Virus record (IMG/VR): IMGVR_UViG_3300042260_000713
Coordinates: 1-64,000 of that record
Strand: one strand, 5' to 3'
From: a virus
DNA length: 64,000 nucleotides
The position numbers and the translations under genes are program-made. How positions within the stretch are numbered: position 1 is the stretch's first letter; each line of letters starts with the position of its first letter. Positions 58,241 to 64,000 of this stretch are shown piece after piece. The notes below the pieces were generated by a model that searched no databases, was not told where the DNA came from, and was given only the letters and a program-made list of their open reading frames with translations.

Positions 58241-59551
58241 TCAGCTGGCGGGGGCCTGCCAGGCGTTGGCCAGCGCTTGCTGGTGCTCCGCCGCGGCCGC
58301 CGCGATGCCATCGGCGCCGTCGGTGCGGGGGGCGGTGGTGATGCCCTGCAGCTGGCGGGCCAGCAGCTGGGCGGCATCGGCCTGGTAGGGCACTTTGTCG
58401 GCGGCCTCGTAGGCGGCATCGAACCTGGCGGCGATGTACTCGTCGCTGCGGTTCTCGATGCCATCGATCCGCACCTCGGCGGCCTCCAGGGCCAGCTCCT
58501 GCACCTCGCGGTTGCTGAGGCCGTCGTGCCGCTCGCGCTTGCCGCCCATGATCAGGCTGGCCTTCTCCAGCACGTCAACCCGCTCGGCCACCAGCTGCTC
58601 AATCAGGGCCGGATCGGGCGCAGGGGCGGAATCCGCCCGCTCGGCCACCAGGGCCTCCAGCTCGCTCAGCTGCTCAGAGAGGCTATCGAAGCGCAGCTCA
58701 GCCGCGGCCAGATCATCGACGGTGGCCTTGTAGACCTCCCAGGGCACGCTGCGGCCTGGGGTGGCGGAATCGCCACGGGCCTTCTTGCCCTTGGTCATGC
58801 CGTAGCCGTCTTCCTTCTCCTGGTCGTCGTCGCCGGCCATGTTGTCGTCGCCTTCCATGTCTTCGGGATCCATCTCGTCGTTGTCCTTGGCCTTGGCGTC
58901 GGCTTTGCCGGCGGGCTTCATGTCGGCACGGTCGGTGGTTTGAGCGGGGGCGGGCATGGGGGTGGCCTCAGGAAGGGAAGGGAGGAGATCGGCGGAGACG
59001 GCGACAATCGGCGGGTCGTCGGCATCGGCGGAGTCGAAGTGCAGGCACACTTCGGATCCCGCGCGGGCCTTGCGGGTGACGGCGAGATGGTTGCCGCTGA
59101 TGTTCCGCTGCACGCCGTCGTATCGGGTGCCATCAGGGGCTGTGCCGGGGGTGGGGTCGTACTCGCAGCGGTAGCCCACGGAGAGCTCCACCGCATCGCG
59201 GCGCTTGACGGCCTCGATTGCCTCGCGATCCGTCAAGGTGACGGTGCCATGCACAAACCCGTCGGTGAACTCCACCTGGGTGCCGCTGTGGCCCCGGGTG
59301 TGTTGCCGCACAGTGTCGGGCGTGAGCAGCTGGGGCGGATGCTCCAGCGTCACCGGCAGGCCGCCCATCGACAGGAGGGAATCCGGGCGGGACACCTCCT
59401 CCGGGGGCCGATATTCGACCCGCTTTGACCCATCCGGGTTGGTGTAGGTCTGGCAGCCGCTGCGGGAGAACGTCCCACGCACGCGCACGTAGCCCTCTGG
59501 GGTTTCCAGAAAGCTGGCGGGCAGGGTGGAGCGATCGAAGCGGAATTGCAC
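58241..59551 (-). CDS. Prohead scaffold/protease-like protein (DUF2213-like)
   Basis: GGLPVTLEHPP...ELSVGYRCEYD...YDGVQRNISGNHLAVTRKARAG, then an acidic, helical scaffold-like C-terminal half. GTG start. Confidence 0.65.
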   Translation of the reverse strand: MQFRFDRSTLPASFLETPEGYVRVRGTFSRSGCQTYTNPDGSKRVEYRPPEEVSRPDSLLSMGGLPVTLEHPPQLLTPDTVRQHTRGHSGTQVEFTDGFVHGTVTLTDREAIEAVKRRDAVELSVGYRCEYDPTPGTAPDGTRYDGVQRNISGNHLAVTRKARAGSEVCLHFDSADADDPPIVAVSADLLPSLPEATPMPAPAQTTDRADMKPAGKADAKAKDNDEMDPEDMEGDDNMAGDDDQEKEDGYGMTKGKKARGDSATPGRSVPWEVYKATVDDLAAAELRFDSLSEQLSELEALVAERADSAPAPDPALIEQLVAERVDVLEKASLIMGGKRERHDGLSNREVQELALEAAEVRIDGIENRSDEYIAARFDAAYEAADKVPYQADAAQLLARQLQGITTAPRTDGADGIAAAAAEHQQALANAWQAPAS

Positions 59552-59626
59552 CGGCAGATAGCAGGAGCTGCCAGCAAGATGGGGCCGCCGGATCTACCGT
59601 GCGCCTGTTGATGCCATAAACGCACC

Positions 59627-59854
59627 GTGCCTACTCTCCTGCCAGACGCAATGGTGCGGCGCCTGTTGGGTGCACGGTTGGGCGTGATTATGGAGCAGCG
59701 GGGCGTGAGCCAGCAGCAGCTGGCGCAGCACCTGGAGGTGCACCGCAGCGCCGTGAGCCGCTGGTGCTCCGGCGAGCGGGATCCCAACCCCGGGCAGCTG
59801 CGCTCGATCTGCCTGCTGCTGGCGATCGACCCGTCCCTGCTGCTGGGGCTCTGA
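59627..59854 (+). CDS. XRE-family (Cro/CI-type) HTH regulator
   Basis: RLGVIMEQRGVSQQQLAQHLEVHRSAVSRWCSGERDPNPGQLRSICLLL. Start is GTG 59627 or ATG 59651. Confidence 0.75.
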   Translation: MPTLLPDAMVRRLLGARLGVIMEQRGVSQQQLAQHLEVHRSAVSRWCSGERDPNPGQLRSICLLLAIDPSLLLGL

Positions 59855-60019
59855 TCAGCCCTTGGCCTGGGGCTGGCCCTGGCGGGCGCTGGCCACCGGA
59901 GGCGCCTGCTGGAGGCGCAGCATCACTTCGGTCTCCACGGCCACGTTGTCCCAGTCGATGGGCTCGGCATCGGCCCGGGGGGCCTGGGGGACGGTGCTGC
60001 GGTGCTGCGGGGTGCTCAT
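59855..60019 (-). CDS. Small hypothetical protein (below the ORF-track cutoff)
   Basis: Hand-translated 54 aa, MSTPQHRSTVPQAPRADAEPIDWDNVAVETEVMLRLQQ.... ATGA overlap with the giant ORF stop. Confidence 0.3.
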   Translation of the reverse strand: MSTPQHRSTVPQAPRADAEPIDWDNVAVETEVMLRLQQAPPVASARQGQPQAKG

Positions 60020-63000
60020 CGGGCCAGGGGGATGGGGTGGTTAGCAGGTCCGTGCACCGTCAGCAGCCGGTAGATCAGGGCGCCGCCGGCCGCCAGCTGC
60101 ATGAGCCGCTTGAGCCGCTCCTTGGCGATCGCCGATCCGGGCCTGATGCGACACTCCTTCTGCAGGCTGATACAGGTGCTGCCGCAGCCGTAGCCCGTTG
60201 CGCACTTCCGCTTGAGGGCGTCGATTCGGGCATCCAGGATGTCGGCAGCGGCATCGCGGCGCTCGCTGCTGCCGAGAGTCAGGAGAGCAAAGAGCAGGCC
60301 TTCCAGATCGATCTCATCGCCTGCATCGTGGCGATCGCCGCGGGCACCTTCGATGCGGCTGAGCTTGCCGTTGCGAACCACAGCAATCCCAGTGCCACCG
60401 ATGAAGGTGAATCCTGCCCTCTTGTAGAGCGATTGGCGTTTGTCCCCATAGCCATCGTCCTGATGGGCCTTGCAGATCACGATCTGGCCCTCCTCCAGAT
60501 TCGATATCACAGCCTTCACCTGCTTTGAGACCTCCTTGGCAAACCGTTGGGCCACGTCCTTTGGCAGGGCAATCCGATCCGCACCCATGAAGGCCTCGCC
60601 ACCACCGACGCCGGTCAGCCAGGCCAACTCCAGAGCATTGTTGACCTGCCTGTTGTTCAGAGCGATGCCCTGCTCTCCCAGCTTTCTGGCTATGGGTTTG
60701 GCGTTGGCCTCATCCATTGCGACCTGGAATGAGAGCTTGTCAACCAGACGGGGCTCCTTTCCGGGTCGTGCCGACAGGCGGAGAGGTTTCTCAAGCTGCA
60801 CCTCGTATCGGGATTCGTGCCAGACGATGCCCTTGCCACCGGCGCCTGGAACCTCCTCCTTTTCCACTTGCTTCACGCCCCATTTCTGGGGTCCGCGGCT
60901 GAGGATCTCCTCTTCGCGCGCCTTCTCTTTGGCCTGCCTATCGCTTTCTTCTTGTTTGCGAGCGGCCGCCAGCTGTTGAATGCGGGCAGCGGAGGCCATC
61001 ACATCTCCCTCTGATGCCTTCTCACCACGGCCCAGCAACCGCCGTCCCAGCCGTCTGAAACCTTGTCCAACGCCGCGCGCGACGCCGGCCCGGATTCCCT
61101 GGCGGCAGTCGCCGCTGGTGCCGTAATGGCTGCCATCGGGTCGCCTGCAGCGCTGATCCATGCGAGCACGCAGCACTGTCAGACGATCGATCGCATCATC
61201 GAATCGGTCATCAGCCGCATCACGTCGACGTTTGCTGCCGCCAAGGCGCCGCCGCGGCCGGCCACCACCCAGGGTTGGATCCGCGCCGCCCTGGGCGCCA
61301 AACTGCTCCTCCGCCTGGATGCGCAGATCGATGGATTGGCGCTGCAGGTCCTCCAGCCGCTGGTCCTGAGCCTTCATGTCCTCGAGGATGCTCTTCATGG
61401 CGCCGGCGACGCTGCCGGAGGCCCCGGCACGTTGGCGCATGGCAGCGGAGTTGGCGGCAGCTTCGGGTGAGGCAGCCTGCTGTTGCATCTTCTGCATGAA
61501 CTCCACCTTGAACTGCTCGCGCGCCTGGTCTTTGCTCATGCCCCGGTAGCGGGTGCGGCGATCAATCGACCAGCCGGCCTCGAAGAGGTTCTCGGCGATC
61601 TTGCCCATCTGGCGGGCGTCGGCGGCTTTCAGCTGCTCGGTGGTCGCGCGTAGCACGTCGCTGATCTTCGGTGCCTGCTGCGGCCCGGCGGCAGCAGCAG
61701 GCTGCTGGAACAGCGGCATGGTCTGGTCGTATTCGGTGACGCCGAACAGCGAGCTCTGGCTCTGTTTGGTGGTGGCGAGGGCGTTGGCCAGTCGGTTGCG
61801 CTCCACCGTGCGCTCCTCCTTGCGCCAGGCCTGGGCGCCCTCCTGATCCCCGGCGGCCTTGGCGGCCTGCTGCTGCTGCCTGGCAAAGGCGGCCTGCTGG
61901 CTGCTGGTGGTCACGTCCTGGGCGTTGAGGCCGGGCTGTGCCGGCTTGCGGGCAGGGCCTGGGGCCTGGCGGCCTGGGTTGGTGAGCATCGGCCGGCGCA
62001 CACCCCGCAGCTCTGCTGCCCGCTGGGCCCGGCTGGCGGTGATGCCCTGGGCCATCTCGCCGGCCTCGCTGGCCTTCATGGTGCCGATGCCCCGCTGGTT
62101 GGAGCTGCCTCCGGCCGCCAGCTCCATAAGGCGCTTGAGCCGCTCCTTGCCGATCGCACTGCCCGGGGTGGTGCGGCACTCCTTCTGCAGGCTGATGCAC
62201 GTTGCCCCGCATCCGTAGCCCGTTGCGCACTTCCGCTTGAGGGCGTCGATCCGCTGCTGCAGGCTGTCGGCCCGTGGCCGCTTGCGCAGGCCCAGTGTCA
62301 CCAGCTCCTGCTCCACCGCGGCAAACACATCCCGCTCCAGCTCCTGCCGCACCTTCGCCTCGGATTCGCCGGCCTCCACCCGATCGGCAGCACGGTTGAG
62401 GGCGGAGCTGATCGGCCCGCTGGAGCTCTTCAGACGCTCGAAGACCGACAGGGCCTCGCTGGCCTCGCCGGCCACCCTGGCGCTCTGCTCCTGGTTGATC
62501 ACGTTGCCAGCCTTCTCGGCAAGGGTGGAGGCGGCCCTGGCCTTAGAGACGGTGCCGAACAGGCGCTTCTCCCTGCTGATCTTGGCCTTCAGGCCAGCGG
62601 CCAGCTTGGCCCGGGTGAACAGGTTGTCCGTGGCCTCCTGGCTCATTCCGAAGAGGTCCATCGTGGTCTGGGTGCGTTGCTCACTGGCAGCGGCATGCTC
62701 CACTAGCTCGAGCAGGGTCTGATCGGCGATGCCCTTGCGGGCCTTAACCATCTTGAACACCTCCCGCTGCTTCGCCTCATCGAGGCCGCTGCCGCCGATG
62801 ATCGCGCCGCGATTCACGCTCAGATCACCGCGCACTACTGCGCTGAACACTTCGTCGGGTAGCTTGCTGAGCTTGAGGCCCTTCTCCGCCTGGCCGCTGC
62901 GCAAGGGAAGGCCCCTGGCCTCCACGTCCGCCTGGGATCTGATGCCGGTGTCGCGGAAGAACTTGGCAGCATCCATCGGGGTGCCGGCGCCTTGGGCGAT

Positions 63001-63999
63001 GTTTTGCATGGCGCCGATCGCCCTGGCCTCAGTGGCAGTCTTTGCGTTGAGAAACCGCACGGTCACCTCTTCGGCACCAAGGCGGTTGGCCAGGTTCAAA
63101 CGGTTGTGGCCGTTCACCACGTAGACCTTGCCGTCGGCGGGATCCTTCCAGACGCTCATTACGCCGGCGAGGTTGGGGTCCCACTTGCGCACGCCCGAAA
63201 GGCTGCCCACATCGCCGGTGCCAGCGGTCGCGTTGATCTTGTACTGAAACCTGGATGGATCGAAAGCGATCTCATCGGGCTTCATGTTGCGGACGGTGCC
63301 GGGCTCCGTTGAAGCGCTGGCGGCCTCGGGCAGCTTGCCGGTGCGCAGGTACTCGGCGATCTCGGGCCGGGCCAGCAGCTTCTCCACCCGCTTGGTGGTG
63401 CGCTCCTTCTGCCGTTCTCCCGCAGCCACATCCCGAGCGGCCGACACCTGCGAAGCAGTGGCCTCGGCGGCCTTGTCGCCCCCGGCCGCCAGCTGCTGCA
63501 GTCGCCGCAGGCGGGCCTTGCCCATGGCGCTGGAGGGGCTGATCCGGCATTCCTTCTGCAGGGAGATGCAGGCCGCGCCGCAGCTGTAGCCGGTGGAGCA
63601 TTTGCGTTTCTGCCCCGCAGTGGCCCCGCTGCCCTGGCGAAAGTCCATCCGGGCGGCCGGAGCGCGGAGCTCGAGGAACGAATCGGAGCGCAGCTCCCAG
63701 CCCCTCTGCTGCACCCCCTCCCAAGCGGGCCGGTAGCCCACGCCATCACCATCCACCCGGAAGCGGTAGACAAGCCCATCGGCTGCCATCCGCCCGGCAT
63801 GGCCGACGCCATCCTGCCGCCAGTCGAGCAGCTGCGCGCCGGGCAGCACCTCCGCCAGCAGGGCCTGCAGCACCGGCGACACCGGATCGGCCGCGTCATG
63901 GCGGCGCGTGGGACGGCAACGGGGCTTGGGACCGGGACAAAGCGCCAGCTGGGCTTCGATGGCGGTGAGCCGATCCTGCAGGGCCTGGTAACGGCTCAT
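60016..63999 (-). CDS. Giant polyvalent-like protein: three Cys4 modules, ParB/Srx-like domain, DGYG/GF domain (5' end may lie beyond the window)
   Basis: At least 1327 aa. ParB-like: IAFDPSRFQYKIN...KVYVVNGHNRLNLANRLGAEEVTVRFL (about 63010-63294). Cys4 modules at aa 130-174, 578-631 and 1254-1306. VICKAHQDDGYGDKRQSLYKRAGFTF parallels the kinase-protein segment LTCSAYGGDGYGEERKKMYEALGFQF. Confidence 0.7.
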   Translation of the reverse strand: MSRYQALQDRLTAIEAQLALCPGPKPRCRPTRRHDAADPVSPVLQALLAEVLPGAQLLDWRQDGVGHAGRMAADGLVYRFRVDGDGVGYRPAWEGVQQRGWELRSDSFLELRAPAARMDFRQGSGATAGQKRKCSTGYSCGAACISLQKECRISPSSAMGKARLRRLQQLAAGGDKAAEATASQVSAARDVAAGERQKERTTKRVEKLLARPEIAEYLRTGKLPEAASASTEPGTVRNMKPDEIAFDPSRFQYKINATAGTGDVGSLSGVRKWDPNLAGVMSVWKDPADGKVYVVNGHNRLNLANRLGAEEVTVRFLNAKTATEARAIGAMQNIAQGAGTPMDAAKFFRDTGIRSQADVEARGLPLRSGQAEKGLKLSKLPDEVFSAVVRGDLSVNRGAIIGGSGLDEAKQREVFKMVKARKGIADQTLLELVEHAAASEQRTQTTMDLFGMSQEATDNLFTRAKLAAGLKAKISREKRLFGTVSKARAASTLAEKAGNVINQEQSARVAGEASEALSVFERLKSSSGPISSALNRAADRVEAGESEAKVRQELERDVFAAVEQELVTLGLRKRPRADSLQQRIDALKRKCATGYGCGATCISLQKECRTTPGSAIGKERLKRLMELAAGGSSNQRGIGTMKASEAGEMAQGITASRAQRAAELRGVRRPMLTNPGRQAPGPARKPAQPGLNAQDVTTSSQQAAFARQQQQAAKAAGDQEGAQAWRKEERTVERNRLANALATTKQSQSSLFGVTEYDQTMPLFQQPAAAAGPQQAPKISDVLRATTEQLKAADARQMGKIAENLFEAGWSIDRRTRYRGMSKDQAREQFKVEFMQKMQQQAASPEAAANSAAMRQRAGASGSVAGAMKSILEDMKAQDQRLEDLQRQSIDLRIQAEEQFGAQGGADPTLGGGRPRRRLGGSKRRRDAADDRFDDAIDRLTVLRARMDQRCRRPDGSHYGTSGDCRQGIRAGVARGVGQGFRRLGRRLLGRGEKASEGDVMASAARIQQLAAARKQEESDRQAKEKAREEEILSRGPQKWGVKQVEKEEVPGAGGKGIVWHESRYEVQLEKPLRLSARPGKEPRLVDKLSFQVAMDEANAKPIARKLGEQGIALNNRQVNNALELAWLTGVGGGEAFMGADRIALPKDVAQRFAKEVSKQVKAVISNLEEGQIVICKAHQDDGYGDKRQSLYKRAGFTFIGGTGIAVVRNGKLSRIEGARGDRHDAGDEIDLEGLLFALLTLGSSERRDAAADILDARIDALKRKCATGYGCGSTCISLQKECRIRPGSAIAKERLKRLMQLAAGGALIYRLLTVHGPANHPIPLAR
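60082..60240 (-). repeat. Cys4-module repeat, copy 5 (C-terminal copy in the giant ORF)
   Basis: Encodes ILDARIDALKRKCATGYGCGSTCISLQKECRIRPGSAIAKERLKRLMQLAAGG. Confidence 0.85.
62107..62268 (-). repeat. Cys4-module repeat, copy 4
   Basis: Encodes DSLQQRIDALKRKCATGYGCGATCISLQKECRTTPGSAIGKERLKRLMELAAGG. Confidence 0.85.
63478..63612 (-). repeat. Cys4-module repeat, copy 3 (the most divergent)
   Basis: Encodes GQKRKCSTGYSCGAACISLQKECRISPSSAMGKARLRRLQQLAAGG. Confidence 0.8.
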
Positions 64000-64000
64000 C

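Overview
The window looks like one contiguous, visibly GC-rich (about two-thirds G+C by eye, not computed) temperate siphovirus-type phage or prophage genome. No host housekeeping genes, rRNA, tRNA or CRISPR array were recognised.

Most genes are on the minus strand. Many are joined by ATGA, GTGA or TGATG stop/start overlaps, and I used these overlaps to choose start codons.

Modules from left to right:
- Fibre and tailspike genes (1-3900), including a collagen-like tandem-repeat fibre that runs off the left edge.
- An integration module (excisionase-like HTH 4680-4922, tyrosine integrase 5138-6139).
- A Mu F/SPP1 gp7-like head morphogenesis gene carrying a canonical intein (6824-9031).
- A cysteine-module protein with a kinase domain (9221-11578) and the portal (11575-13569).
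- A plus-strand regulatory island (13671-16017): sigma-70 family factor, LexA-DNA-binding-domain-only protein, two NblA-like paralogs and a winged-helix protein.
- TerL and a candidate TerS (16029-18097).
- Early and replication genes (18094-28795): ParB-like protein, an HTH_36-type initiator with an internal origin-like iteron/AT-rich region, an ERF recombinase and a PD-(D/E)XK endonuclease.
- An M15 peptidase and a GH24 lysozyme/holin-like lysis cassette (28819-31271).
- A large tail module (31290-49633): a 1552-aa fibre, a gpJ-sized tail-tip protein, an NlpC/P60 protein, a 1724-aa tape measure with M23 and SLT-like domains, and G/GT chaperones with a -1 frameshift site.
- An insertion zone (49751-53322): KilA-N protein, a duplicated zinc-ribbon gene flanking a low-GC ORF, and a third cysteine-module protein.
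- Tail tube, connectors, DUF2184-like capsid and DUF2213-like scaffold/protease (53398-59551).
- An Xre regulator, then a protein of at least 1327 aa that looks polyvalent (60016-63999).

The NblA-like genes and the sigma factor suggest a cyanobacterial host. This is inference only.

Most interesting observations:
1. A Vsr/DUF559-type endonuclease gene with an N-terminal HTH lies entirely antisense inside the intein. About 750 nt must therefore stay open on both strands.
2. A C-x5-C-x3-C-x6-C module of about 53 aa is present in five dispersed same-strand copies across three virion-module ORFs.
3. The regulatory island sits between terL and the portal gene.

All domain calls come from motif recognition by eye. 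No database search was run.
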